DNA from: Octopus bimaculoides
Lineage: Eukaryota
NCBI RefSeq assembly: GCF_001194135.2
Contig: NC_068990.1
Coordinates: 93,667,524 to 93,706,798 of the forward strand
Direction: 5' to 3'
DNA length: 39,275 nt
The position numbers were made by a program, and so were the translations under genes. Below the pieces are notes generated by a model. The model saw only the letters and a list, made by a program, of their open reading frames with translations. It was not told where the DNA came from and did no database searches. Positions within the stretch are counted from its first letter, which is position 1. Every line of letters begins with the position of its first letter. Below are positions 1 through 12,503 of this stretch, piece by piece.

Positions 1-1136
1 TCATAACTATCTTTACAATGTTTCTCATGAAATTTCCCCAGGCCCATAACAAAGTCCCGTGGGGAGGGGTGATCTTCCACGTGATATTTTTTTCGAATTT
101 CTTTTACGACAGTCTGCAGCATTTAAAATAATATCTCTGGAAAATTTCATGACAAAATATGCGTTTTTAAGGAAGTTATGGGGGGGGGGAACAATTTGAC
201 GGGGGTGGGGCGCACATTTAGAAGTTATGCCAATGAAAGGCAGACAATTGATATGCGTGAGTTTACAAGTATACGCACACATATTCATATAAACAAACAC
301 ACTGACACACAGATGCATACACACACACACACACATACATACACATACGTACATACAAACGCATGCACACACACAAATTTTAGTTTCCAATTATCTCATT
401 TCTACACAAAACCTCCAGTGTTTTGCCTCTTTCATGTTTACATCAGCGAAAGTGTATTTCTATGTACGTAGGTGTTGTTGCGTGTTTGTTAAGAGTATAT
501 GTGTGTATATGTATCTATGAGTGTGTTTATATGTGTGTATATGTGTGTATATGTATCTATGTGTGTGTTTGTAAAATGTGTGTGTGTATGTGTTTATTCT
601 GAACTAAATCTAAGACATGAAACCTTGTAACATAAATGCCAAAAACATAAAACGCGCCATGCAAGACCAGCAACAGCCTCTCGTACTACAGGCACCACTG
701 CTACATATAACCACCACTACAAGCACACCCTCCCATACAACCATCGCCACTACTGCATGGTTCCACGTAATCCCCCCACCACCACCACATCCTCCCAAAC
801 AACCGTTACTGATCCGTTGCCTGCCCCACCATCATAACAATAGAAAGTTTCTATAAAAATGACAAATTTCAACATACCAGGGCCAGACTTAGGAAGGCCT
901 CGCCAACATCAGCTCCAACTTAGTAGCAGCGACTGGCAACAACTAACTACGAATTCCCCAACACAATCACCGGTTCAACCCACACTCACCACCACCACCG
1001 CTACCAACAGAATCACTCCCGACTCAACCACTACATTAACACCACCACCGCCGCCGCCAGCACATGTTGTTTGTGTAGCAGTGGATTTGCGGTGGAGGGG
1101 TGGGGGTATAACGAGCGCTTTTATTTATTTGTGCGA

Positions 1137-1176
<40 letters not shown>

Positions 1177-1548
1177 TATACAAGAGAAGTGTACAGGAAG
1201 AATGAAATTCAACACACTACCGAAACGGCTGACAGAACGAAAGAGGGCTAATGAGTGTGTGTAGAGAGAGAGGTAGAAATAGAGAGAGGGGGAAAACAAA
1301 GACAGAGTGAGAGTAATAGAGGCGATGACAGGTACCGGTGAAACAAACACGCGCACGCACACATACATACATATACAAATAAATAAATATGTATATATAA
1401 ATATATATATCTAAATAAATACACACACATACATACATATACATATATATGTCTCTTACAGACATACGCACACATTATTTTAGAATGAGAGGGATGAAGA
1501 GGGGGTATGATATCTGATATAGCTGTGTATATGACTGCCTGTCTCATC

Positions 1549-1595
<47 letters not shown>

Positions 1596-1819
1596 TGTGT
1601 GTTTTAATTAAATGTATTTATATAGATCGTTTGGCGTAAAGACAGCGATAAACTTGTGAAGTGAGTGACTTTAGCGTCGGTCAGAGACCACACCCAGATA
1701 TGGCACCAGAATATGAAAGTCGAGTTCCTTTCCTATCTCACTTTCTGAGATTTTCTTATTTACTTCTTTATTTTTACGGCCTTTCTTTATTTCAGTATTC
1801 CACTAACATCTGAACTAGT

Positions 1820-2016
1820 TATTCTTTTACTTGTTTCAGTCATTTGACTGCGACCATACTGGAGCACCGTCTTTAGTCGAACAAATCGACCCCAGGACTT
1901 AGTCTTTGTAGGCCTTGTACTTCTTATATCGGTCCCTTTTTCTAATTTACAGGGACGTAAACACACCAACATGTCCCCCAACCATCACTTGATGGTTGGA
2001 GGACAGACACACAAAT

Positions 2017-2048
<32 letters not shown>

Positions 2049-2203
2049 GATAGGCTTCTTTCAGTTTCCATCTACCAAATCCACTCACAAGGCTTTGGTC
2101 GGCCCGAAGCTATAGTAGAAGACACTTGCCCAAGGTGTCACGCAGTGGGACTGAACCCGGAACCATGAGGTTGTGAAGCAAGCTTCTTGCCATACAACCA
2201 CTC
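1820..2203 (-). mobile_element. tRNA-derived SINE, family A (tRNA head, internal microsatellite, 3' domain), near full length
   Basis: Shares blocks with copies at 12116, 22546, 25779, 38681 and 6674 (cagtgggactgaacc B-box region, ctaccaaatccactcacaaggc, ctggagcaccg, tttacttgtttcagt tail), with an internal (CA)n. Confidence 0.85.
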
Positions 2204-2299
2204 AGCAATTAGCGATGAGCTCATACTTGATGTTGTTCTGTTTGGGAATTCGGTATTCTAGCTTTTTATAACACTTAGTCAAACTGCTAGACCCTTCGG

Positions 2300-2880
2300 T
2301 AGAACTATTCTCTGAGAAAATTCACAAAACTTACTTCCAAGTCCACCACTTATTTGGTTACACAACAGCTGATCTGAAAAGTCGAACCATGTACACATGG
2401 GTGTTGATGTTTTTTACAACAACATAATTAGTTTCCAGAAGTTAATCTTGCCTCTTATGGCAATTTAGTTGGGACTCGGTCCTAAACTGGAGAATCTAAA
2501 CGAGATGCTTTAAAACTCGACAGAAACTTCACTGGTTTTTCTAATACCTTTTCAACCTCGCTCAATCACCAGAACTTGAACTATTACAGCTTATATTCTT
2601 CAAACAATACTTTCAAATGGTTTCATAAGATGGCCATATTGATGCTTACACTTAAGTAAGATGAAGCAACCCCTGAATATATGACTAACTCTTAGCAGCG
2701 GAGGGCCTCAACAGATGCAATCAACTCATCTTAATGCTTACGAAACCTAAGATATGAAGTTTACAAAATATCTGAAAAGGATTCAAGACAGTAAGAGTAT
2801 TTTCAGCATCCGTCTCCACTAAGTTCAAGTCTCTGGTTCATATGGTGCCAAAGAGCAGCATCAGGAAAGTCATCAAGGAA
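2300..2880 (+). mobile_element. Possible highly decayed Gypsy-type LTR retrotransposon pol (protease to RT start) fragment
   Basis: Frameshifted remnants such as ...SIR.....LVHMVPK (about 2805-2860) resemble the GIIRPSSSPWASPLHMVPK start of Gypsy RT. There are many stops and the match is weak. Confidence 0.3.
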
Positions 2881-3633
2881 CATATTTTTTAAATTCCGAT
2901 TTTCATTCTCACATAACCGATACTTTTTCACATTTTCTTCTAAGTACTTTATCGAAAAACCACTTTATAAGCAACTAAGAAATCGTTATATTTAGATTTT
3001 GCCTCCACACTAAGTTTTAGATTACTCTAAATCAAAATAGAAAGATCTCGGATAGATAATTCTTCAGCTGCTGCTGCCCTGAAGCAGACTTCAATTCTAT
3101 CCACTATTAATAGCAACAGGTTCATCAACCATAATATTTTAAAAGATCTTTAATGATATTTGTTATCGCTGTCTTTCTCATTTACTTCTCTCAATGGTAT
3201 GTAATATCTACACTTCACTTACAAGAGTATAGAATAGATTCTAAGTCTAGTCTCGGCCATTTCTTTCTTACGGACAGTATTACAGGATATACTCATGCGT
3301 GGTCTAATGTGAAAGTCTCCATAGGTTGTCCTTGATCATATGCGCCTGGTAAGTTCCTCACCAGAGCGCTTGTCTGGACAGGATTTATGGAAAACCACCA
3401 ATTGCCCAAACATGCAAATTCCACCCCCACCTCTCTCCATGCAACCAATTATGTTCAAGGGAAAAGCAACAGCCAATACAACTTGCCACCAGTGACGTTA
3501 GATGAAGTGCCACGAGAATGTAAACAACTGGAGTGGCGATCGAATCCAGAGCGGTGGCGAAGCAACCATTTACAGCCATACACACATACAACATATATAT
3601 GCAATCATAATCATACATACTGATGTTACATAC

Positions 3634-3731
<98 letters not shown>

Positions 3732-3876
3732 CAATCAGTGAGTTGTCATAATAATACTCAGAGTTTCAAATACCGGAGCTGAAAACTTGTACGCATTTTT
3801 CATCATGTATAAAATAGAAAATTACTGTTTGTAAATCTCTCAACGAGAGACATTCAGTAACAGTACTCTAAAGTAA

Positions 3877-4039
3877 AGATTATTTGCCAACATAACGTGG
3901 CAGTCCTAGTTAGGACGAATGCTACTGCTATTTAACCGCAAGAAACATCGTCAGCCAACTGGAGACGATGTTTCCTCGGGCTAAATAGTAGTAGCATTAG
4001 TCCTAACCAGAACTGCCACATTATGTTGGCAAATAATCT
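3877..4039. repeat. Fold-back inverted repeat: two 76-bp arms and an 11-nt spacer
   Basis: 3877-3952 versus the reverse complement of 3964-4039 gives 67/76 identities by hand alignment. A third single copy of the arm is at about 15322-15460. Confidence 0.9.
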
Positions 4040-4149
4040 TGGCTGTATATATATTCCAGCGCAACATACTACAGCTTCTTGAGAGCCACTGGCTCTGAGG
4101 AAGCCATAAGTTAGTACAATGAGAATTTCTGTAAACAAAAACTATTTCG

Positions 4150-4250
4150 TTTTTGTATTTGGCTTGCAAAATTCTTGATATGAGTTTGTGTGTTGAAACA
4201 TTTCTTGTTGTATGTTGGAAGGGGCATTATGCCAATAATAAACACACGCA
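4150..4250 (+). repeat. Interspersed repeat fragment, also at about 26360-26460
   Basis: Shared block tgg(c/t)ttg(c/g)aa(a/g)attcttgatatga...gccaataa..aacac at both loci. Confidence 0.55.
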
Positions 4251-4277
4251 TTGGTTCTATTTTAGCTCTTTATTACT

Positions 4278-4430
4278 TGTTAGTTGGTTTACTATATAAC
4301 CAATTAACTAATCGATTGTTTGATTAATCGTTCTATTAATCAATCAATCAATCAGTTAAAGTTCTTTCGTCACCATTTGCGACCTCATCAATGACATGCT
4401 CTCTCAACACCAGTTTTTGGTCTGTCTGTG
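4278..4430. mobile_element. Partial copy of the MITE family at 26783-26990
   Basis: Shares taaccaatt and gc(g/a)acctcatcaatgacat..ctctct with the 26783 element. Confidence 0.55.
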
Positions 4431-4491
4431 TGTTTCTTAGCTTCAAGGTTCTATATATAAATAGTTGTATGGATGTGAGTGAGAGAGAGAG

Positions 4492-4523
<32 letters not shown>

Positions 4524-5484
4524 NNNNNNNNNNNNNNNNNNNNNNNNNNNNNNNNNNNNNNNNNNNNNNNNNNNNNNNNNNNNNNNNNNNNNNNNNNNNN
4601 NNNNNNNNNNNNNNNNNNNNNNNNNNNNNNNNNNNNNNNNNNNNNNNNNNNNNNNNNNNNNNNNNNNNNNNNNNNNNNNNNNNNNNNNNNNNNNNNNNNN
4701 NNNNNNNNNNNNNNNNNNNNNNNNNNNNNNNNNNNNNNNNNNNNNNNNNNNNNNNNNNNNNNNNNNNNNNNNNNNNNNNNNNNNNNNNNNNNNNNNNNNN
4801 NNNNNNNNNNNNNNNNNNNNNNNNNNNNNNNNNNNNNNNNNNNNNNNNNNNNNNNNNNNNNNNNNNNNNNNNNNNNNNNNNNNNNNNNNNNNNNNNNNNN
4901 NNNNNNNNNNNNNNNNNNNNNNNNNNNNNNNNNNNNNNNNNNNNNNNNNNNNNNNNNNNNNNNNNNNNNNNNNNNNNNNNNNNNNNNNNNNNNNNNNNNN
5001 NNNNNNNNNNNNNNNNNNNNNNNNNNNNNNNNNNNNNNNNNNNNNNNNNNNNNNNNNNNNNNNNNNNNNNNNNNNNNNNNNNNNNNNNNNNNNNNNNNNN
5101 NNNNNNNNNNNNNNNNNNNNNNNNNNNNNNNNNNNNNNNNNNNNNNNNNNNNNNNNNNNNNNNNNNNNNNNNNNNNNNNNNNNNNNNNNNNNNNNNNNNN
5201 NNNNNNNNNNNNNNNNNNNNNNNNNNNNNNNNNNNNNNNNNNNNNNNNNNNNNNNNNNNNNNNNNNNNNNNNNNNNNNNNNNNNNNNNNNNNNNNNNNNN
5301 NNNNNNNNNNNNNNNNNNNNNNNNNNNNNNNNNNNNNNNNNNNNNNNNNNNNNNNNNNNNNNNNNNNNNNNNNNNNNNNNNNNNNNNNNNNNNNNNNNNN
5401 NNNNNNNNNNNNNNNNNNNNNNNNNNNNNNNNNNNNNNNNNNNNNNNNNNNNNNNNNNNNNNNNNNNNNNNNNNNNNNNNNNNN
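4524..5484. other. Assembly gap (N-run). Other gaps: 8920-9565, 18587-18734, 22888-22897, 30917-31018, 36956-37145
   Basis: Runs of N, mostly flanked by microsatellites. Confidence 0.99.
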
Positions 5485-5728
5485 TGAGGGGACACGTGAC
5501 GAAGATCCAGAAATCCTTGAAAGTTTTCTTTCGAAGGCCCCTGCGGTATCCTATATTCGAGTAAGTAATGACGGCACGTCTACCGTAGGGCGCGAACGCA
5601 GCACATTCTACAGAACGGTTGCGTATTTCTTTATCCGAGCAACCACTTCGTTTCGACAAGGAATTTTAATTACTAAGATATTACTAATATATCTATTTAG
5701 GACAACGGTCTCTGTGTGAGCCCCCACC

Positions 5729-5759
<31 letters not shown>

Positions 5760-6016
5760 TGTATTGTGAATGACTGAACAGAAGGGTGTTCACTTCATTT
5801 TGCCGGCCTTGTTATTTGTTTTGGTTACGTGTGTGTGTGTATTTATATATTCATTTCTATACATACATATATGTCTGCATATTTATACACACACACACAC
5901 ACACAGGGTAAATTTTACATTTTTAATTTCTCGCATGCGCATTGTTTGTTCTTGATTTTGTCCACTACACAGTATGGTAGGGTCAGTTGGGCACCGTCTG
6001 TGAGAAAAACAGCACC

Positions 6017-6640
6017 ATGATGCAATTCACTCTGCCAGAAATTTTGAAACGATATGCTGTACTGCTTTGCATTCACGCCGGAAGCTCCAATACAGACATT
6101 TCACAGGGTTTGGGTGTCAATCTGTGGACCTGTATGTACCGAGAGTGATAAAAATCAAACATCCAGTCAACATCATGGTGTTTGGAGTGATCACTAGTGA
6201 CGGCGATGTTATGTTTCCATTCATCTTCCCACACGGCCTCACACTCAACGCGAAGGCCTACATCAAGTGCCCAGAAGAGGTAGTGCTACTCTAGGTCAAG
6301 AAGGTGGCTGCTGGAAGACCCTATGTCTGGCAACAGGACTCTGCACTATGCCACACAAGCAGGAGAACCCAGTCATGGTTGTCAGATAATTTCTGCAACC
6401 ACATCTCTCCTAACATCTGGCCTCCTAACTCCCCAGATTGCAACCCCCTTGATTATTATATGTGTAGGGCGCGGTTGAGCGAGAGACCAACAAAACTCTG
6501 TAACACCAAAGATGAACTGAAGGCAAGGATTACGACTGCATTCACCAACCCAAACAAAGAGACCGCCCAGAAGAGTTGCAGGAGACTCCGAAATGGTCAG
6601 GAGGCCGTGGTTGAAGCCAATGGCGATTTTATTGAACAAA
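6017..6640 (+). mobile_element. Tc1/mariner maT-family (DD37D) transposase remnant with internal deletion
   Basis: An N-terminal HTH-like MMQFTLPEILKRYAVLLCIHAGSSNTDISQGLGVNL joins directly to the catalytic region VMVFGVITSDG...WQQDSALCHTSRRTQSWL...WPPNSPDCNPLDY. There are 37 residues between the QQD aspartate and the LDY aspartate, and an in-frame stop at 6292. Confidence 0.9.
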
Positions 6641-6673
6641 TATTTACTCTTTTACTCTTAAAAAAAAATAACC

Positions 6674-6812
6674 CTCTTTTACTTGTTTCAGTTATTTGAC
6701 TGTGGCCATACTGGAGCACCGCCTTCAGTCGAGCAAATCAATCCCAGGACTTATTCTTTGTAAGCCTAGTACTTATTCTATCCGGGTCTTTTGCCGAGCC
6801 GCTAAGTTACCA
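6674..6812 (-). mobile_element. SINE family A, 3' half only
   Basis: ctcttttacttgtttcagttatttgactgtggccatactggagcaccgcc...gctaagttac matches the 3' part of the 1820 and 12116 copies. Confidence 0.85.
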
Positions 6813-7924
6813 GAATGCAACTAACAGAGAATGGAAATGCAATTCTTATTCTCAATGCGCATACCCAGTCGACAGAAACCGTTCAGTTAAACGAGTCATA
6901 CGCGAAGCCAAAGTTGCATCTAAAATTAACCAGAACAGCATTAGTTTTAGTTAACCAATTACTAACCAAAACGTATTGGCTATATAGGTACCATTGCGAA
7001 CCAATTTAAGCGCTGATTTCATCAACATAATTATACATTGAAACATTACAATGAAAGTTAGTCACCAATCTCGCAACACACGTATGGTATTGTTAAAAAT
7101 GATTCTTAGTAAAGTAGCGATTTATAAGCCATGAAAAGCTTTCTATAATCTTTGCACTAGAAAAATTATTAATCCTGAACATCAAAACAAAATATCAATA
7201 GGTGTACGGATGTAATTTCTACATGTCTTCATATGGACAGGTACCGACATAAAGCCCTGTGGCTATACTCATAGAAATAACATTGAAATTTCAAAAGGAA
7301 ATATAATTCCTTTTCATTTTCTTCATTTTATTTTCAACAAATATTTTGTGCGTAATTAGAAACACAGTTAAATGACCTCATTTCCTTAGTATTTTAATAA
7401 GTACTTACGTAGAAATTTTAATGGTATCCGATGAGTGGGAAAAAGGAAATCCCAATTGAACACACGTTTCCTCTCCGTTTCATTTCTCTTTAAATGCTTC
7501 ATTAGTTATAAAGTTAGAGTGACCTCCCTTCCTGAACAAAACCCATTTAGCAACCATTAGCTCGCCGACCCTGCAGACTTATAAATAGGCAGACTTATAA
7601 ATAGGCAGACGTACACATCTGAATAGACACACACACACACACTAACTTACGCATGTGTGTGTATTTACTTATATGTTTATTTTCGTTATCTACATTCCAA
7701 AGAGTTTTGCATCTTTGTTAGAAACTAGTTCTTTCTTCAGAGTAAGAATTTAAATGATTAAATACAGAAGAGAACGAACACACACACACACACGCACGCA
7801 CGCACGCACATACACACACGCGCACGCACACACACACACGCGCGCGAATGTAAATATATACATATACAGATATCCATATATATATATGTAAATATACGCA
7901 TACATATATATATACATCTATTGA

Positions 7925-8345
7925 AGTAGGAAGGAAGTTAGGGTTAGGGTTGGTTTGAATGGAGGATAATGTTGTGAAGGAGAGATGGAAGACCTTGCAC
8001 ACGTCTGTGACAGAGAGAGAGCGATGAAGTAATGTTGCAGGCTGCACGGAGTGAAAAGGTGATCGTTGACAATGGCGAGACCCCCGACCCCCACCGCCGC
8101 CAGGAGTACAATATGAGAACTGACAGAGCGGGGATCATCAACTGGAAAGAGAAAGTCCTACACGGAGAGTTTTTCCAACAAACATCGGATGAAGCTGATG
8201 GAGAATCTTGGAGATGGTTAAAACATGGATTTTTAATAAAAAGCGACAGAAGGACTGATGCTTGCTGCTCAAAGAACAAGGATTAAGAAATCACTTAATC
8301 AATACAGCATCGATAAGGCTGCAATATCACCTTTGTGTAGATGTT
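7925..8345 (+). mobile_element. Non-LTR retrotransposon fragment, R4/Dong-like (RLE clade), region between RT and the CCHC knuckle
   Basis: Translates across frameshifts as ...WKEKVLHGEFF..DGESWRWLKHGFL-K(A)TEGLMLAAQEQGLR...YSIDKAAISPLCRC, the WxxKxLHG / WLxxG / ETEGxxxAAQEQ / CRxC signature of R4/Dong ORFs. Confidence 0.75.
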
Positions 8346-8398
8346 ATTTTAAAAATCATATGAGACAGTTAGACACATGATTATTGGATACACAAATA

Positions 8399-8558
8399 AT
8401 ACATACATACATACATACATACATACATGCATACATACATACATACATACATACATGCATACATACATACATACATACATTCATACATGCATACATGCAT
8501 ACATACATACATACATACATACATACATACATACATACATACATACATGCATACATAC
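8399..8558. repeat. (ATAC)n/(ATGC) microsatellite. Other arrays: (GA)n about 1551-1592, (TA)n(GA)n about 3650-3730, (CAT)/(CAG) about 20790-20900, (TAGA)n about 28392-28486, (TAG)n about 28828-28864, (GAT)n about 30487-30531, (AAT)n about 37327-37386
   Basis: Read directly from the sequence. These arrays produce most of the spurious ORFs. Confidence 0.95.
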
Positions 8559-8559
8559 G

Positions 8560-8919
8560 TATTGGGTTGACAACTAAGTTCCCGCCGTTTTTTTAAATTT
8601 TGGAATTTATTGCGTTTTTTAATTTGGAATCTATTTTTTTCGAGAATTCTATTTTTGAATTATTTTGGAATCTATTTTGTATTTTTTTTTTTTTCTAGTT
8701 AATTTTAGTTAATTTTTGTTTATTTTCAGATCATTAAAATGGAACGTCAAGTTAAGAAAAACGAGCATTTTCGACACCCGCTTCTTTTTGCTTTTAATCA
8801 AGGTTCTAAGGCCGCAAAAGCTGATCGTGACAGTTGTGCTGTGTATGGAGAGGGTGCCATGGCTGAAAGAACCGCTCGTGATTGGTATGCCAAGTTCAAA
8901 AATGGAAACTTTGACCTCA
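8560..8919 (+). mobile_element. Mariner element 5' end (TIR and transposase N-terminus), running into a gap
   Basis: TA followed by ttgggttgacaactaagttcccgccg TIR. ORF from 8739: MERQVKKNEHFRHPLLFAFNQGSKAAKADRDSCAVYGEGAMAERTARDWYAKFKNGNFDL (mariner HTH). Confidence 0.9.
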
Positions 8920-9565
8920 NNNNNNNNNNNNNNNNNNNNNNNNNNNNNNNNNNNNNNNNNNNNNNNNNNNNNNNNNNNNNNNNNNNNNNNNNNNNNNNNN
9001 NNNNNNNNNNNNNNNNNNNNNNNNNNNNNNNNNNNNNNNNNNNNNNNNNNNNNNNNNNNNNNNNNNNNNNNNNNNNNNNNNNNNNNNNNNNNNNNNNNNN
9101 NNNNNNNNNNNNNNNNNNNNNNNNNNNNNNNNNNNNNNNNNNNNNNNNNNNNNNNNNNNNNNNNNNNNNNNNNNNNNNNNNNNNNNNNNNNNNNNNNNNN
9201 NNNNNNNNNNNNNNNNNNNNNNNNNNNNNNNNNNNNNNNNNNNNNNNNNNNNNNNNNNNNNNNNNNNNNNNNNNNNNNNNNNNNNNNNNNNNNNNNNNNN
9301 NNNNNNNNNNNNNNNNNNNNNNNNNNNNNNNNNNNNNNNNNNNNNNNNNNNNNNNNNNNNNNNNNNNNNNNNNNNNNNNNNNNNNNNNNNNNNNNNNNNN
9401 NNNNNNNNNNNNNNNNNNNNNNNNNNNNNNNNNNNNNNNNNNNNNNNNNNNNNNNNNNNNNNNNNNNNNNNNNNNNNNNNNNNNNNNNNNNNNNNNNNNN
9501 NNNNNNNNNNNNNNNNNNNNNNNNNNNNNNNNNNNNNNNNNNNNNNNNNNNNNNNNNNNNNNNNN

Positions 9566-9628
<63 letters not shown>

Positions 9629-10089
9629 ACATGTATGTATGTATACATGTATGTATATATACTTAAAGAATAATAAAAATTGTAAATAAAGTCTATAAGT
9701 GACTTTGATAAGAGGAGAACAATAACGATATATATGATGGCGACATGGACCAGTGCTAAAGTGGCTGTTGTGTGGTTTTGCTACAATAAATGAATAATTA
9801 ATCAAATTATTTATCAGACAGGAAACTACGTTGGGTGATTAATATTTCAAGGAGTGTACAGACGTTTGGAAATGTCGACCAAATAAACTTAAATCACACC
9901 CATTAACCTATACATGAAACTCGTTAACATTTTTGTTTTACAATGAGAAAATATTATGTAGTTCATTTTTTCTTTTTCGTTATCTTTTTTTATTATTATA
10001 TTTATCGGTTTTCGTCAGGAGGAGGGGTATGTGGCCTTCACTTTCGATGGCTCTCCGACATCGGAGAGACCTGTGCGGTTATTGTTCTA

Positions 10090-10136
<47 letters not shown>

Positions 10137-10479
10137 TGTGTATGTATGTATATATATATGTGTGTGTGTGTGTGTATTTATATATATATACACGCACACA
10201 CACACACATATATATGTGTATGTATGTATGTATATAAGATATAATGAGATAACAAATCCAAAGCTGTGATGACTTTTCAGGACATTTATAATGACATTCA
10301 TTATAAATGTATCATTATCGAACCAAGAATTTAACCACGGTCTAACTATGGCACCTACTTGGCGTTACCCGACACTATTTGGGTCTTCTAGACACCAATA
10401 CCTCTCTTACCCTACACACACACACACAGAGTAGAACCTAACAGTACAAGTGCATTATAGTGTGAGTAATTTGCTGTAC

Positions 10480-11370
10480 GTGCCGAGGCTCGTGCGAATT
10501 TTTGTCTTGAAGTACGAGCGGAAATCCGCAATACGAGCGAGTTTCATACAAGCGACCACTACTTGGTACTAATCTCGCCCACGCTCTCCTAATAAGCGCA
10601 GCCTCTGCTCTCTCAGTTTACACGTTTATCTCGTTGTAGCAGCATCCCTATTGTGTTTTATCCACTGTTTCTTTTAGTTTTGTTCGCTTTTGCTATTATT
10701 TTATAATAATTAGTCGTGTTAGCCATGGGTCGTAAGAAGGCCAGTGCAAGGGAGAGTACTGAGAAGAAGAAGCTGATTACGATAGAATTGGAGAGGGAAA
10801 TCATTGATAAACGTGAGAGAGGCGTGTTTGTGGTGGACATAGCACGTCAATAGGACCGAAGAAGCACACCGACGATCTGCACCATCCTGAAGAAAAAGGA
10901 CGAGATGAAGGCCTTTATAACAACCAAAAGTTGTCTCCACGCTCTCTAAGCAACGCACAGCTGTCCACGAAGAGATGGAAAAATTGCTTCTCCTGAGGAT
11001 CAACGAGAAGCAACTGGCAGGGGATATGATGACGGAGACCATCATCTGCAAGAAAGCACGAGCACTGTATGGGGGATCCGCTGAAGCAGAACCCTGGAAC
11101 ATCGAGGGAAGATACATCAATAGATGCATTTAAGACCAGTTGCGGCTGGTTTGATAATTTCAAGAAGAGGATCGGTGTTCATAGTGTCGTTAGATATGGA
11201 GAAGCAGCGAGATTTCGAAATTTCGTGCGTGAATTCTGTCAGCTGATCGCAGTCGAGGGGTTACATCGCACAACAGGTATTCACCTGTGATGAAACTGGC
11301 CTTTTTGTTTAAAAATGCCCAGAGGAAACTACATAACTGGAGAGGAGAAGAAAATCTCTCCCTTTGGACC
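10480..11370 (+). mobile_element. Tigger/pogo DNA transposon remnant (transposase pseudogene from ATG 10725)
   Basis: MGRKKASARES..KKLITIELEREII (psq HTH), EEMEKLLLL.INEKQLAGD..TETIIC.KARALY and FKTSCGWFDNFKKR.GVHSVVRYGEAA (CENP-B HTH), then QQVFTCDETGLF..KMP (first catalytic D). It carries stops and frameshifts. Confidence 0.9.
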
Positions 11371-12115
11371 CTGCACGCACACACACACACACACGCCAGG
11401 CATAGGTGGCACTGTATGTGTGTATCTGTTCCATGCTAAATTTCTTGAATGTTTCACATATTTTGACAGCTTGGATTTGTAACTCCTTGACAAAATTCTT
11501 TGTGATTTTGTCCCAGCACCTCACGATTACTATTGAGGCAGTTAGTCACGTATTCAAGAATCCCGGTAATGATTCGTAGAAATCTGAAGCTATCGTCCGG
11601 TTGCAATAATTGCTGCCATTTTTTTTTATCAGTTCGAGATATTTTCTTTTTTTCACTTATCTTTCACTTTTTGTAAACATCTGTTGGGTAACTGGTTTCA
11701 AGTGTTGTACATCTGTAGGCTTGTATGTCTATATGTATATGCATATCTGATTGTGTGTGTGAGTGCATGTCTATATGTAAAACTTTGAATAAAAGGCGAG
11801 GAGAAAAAGGTTGTTGCTGAGAGAGAGAGAGAGAGAGAGAGAGACGAATTATCGTCACCATAGTAACTAACAAGTTTTGATTAAAAACGCGGCAATTTTA
11901 AGTGCGAGTCTCAACACAATGGAACGCAAATGTCAGAACATGACTGTGTGTGTGTGGTACATATACTTCGTCTTTGTACGTGTGTTAATTATATTGATAT
12001 AATGAGTCTTCCTAGACACAAAATTTGATACATATAGTTATTTTATTTTTGTTTCTGTGTGTGTGTGTGTCTTTCAACACATAGACACTGACTTTAAAAA
12101 ATAAGTAAATACATA

Positions 12116-12503
12116 GAGTGGCAGTGTGATAAGAAGCTTGCTTCCAAACCACTTGGTTCTGGGTTCAGTCCCACTGCGTGGCACCTTGGGCAAGTGTCTT
12201 CTACTATAGCCTTGAGCAGACAAAAGCCTTGTGAGTGGATCTGGTAGACGGAAACTGAAAGCTCGCCGTATATGTATGTATGTGCGTATGTATGGATGGA
12301 TGGATGGGTGTATGCATTTGTATTTCTGTGTTTGCCTTCCCCCCTTGCTTAACAACCGATGTTGGTGTGTTTACATCCCCGTAACTAAATGTTTCGGTAT
12401 AAGAAGCCGATAAAACAAGTCCTGGGATCGGTTTGTTTGACTAAAGGCGGTGCTCCAGCATGGCTGCAGTCAAATGACTGAAACAAGGAAACGAATAAAA
12501 GAA
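12116..12503 (+). mobile_element. SINE family A, near full length
   Basis: tRNA head (gtggcagtgtgataag A-box; gggttcagtccc B-box), internal (TATG/GATG)n, 3' aaggcggtgctccagcatggctgcagtcaaatgactgaaacaag. Confidence 0.88.

Noticed and set aside
25-1547. ORFs rich in HT/CV/YI/RE dipeptides and Thr/Pro runs, here and throughout the ORF track
   Set aside because: They are translations of (CA)n, (TA)n, (GA)n and (CAC)n microsatellites, with no domain content.
3822-3866. Nested stems tactgtt/aacagta and tctctc/gagaga resembling a hammerhead scaffold
   Set aside because: The catalytic core nucleotides are missing on both strands.
4391-5719. 300-440 aa ORFs here and at 8709-9805, 18455-19096, 30899-31384 and 36781-37289
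   Set aside because: Their length comes from N-gaps translated as X.
7573-7610. 16-bp tandem duplication gcagacttataaatag
   Set aside because: A simple local slippage duplication with no further structure.
7938-7951. Two TTAGGG telomeric units
   Set aside because: Only two copies, inside a decayed LINE fragment; not an interstitial telomere array.
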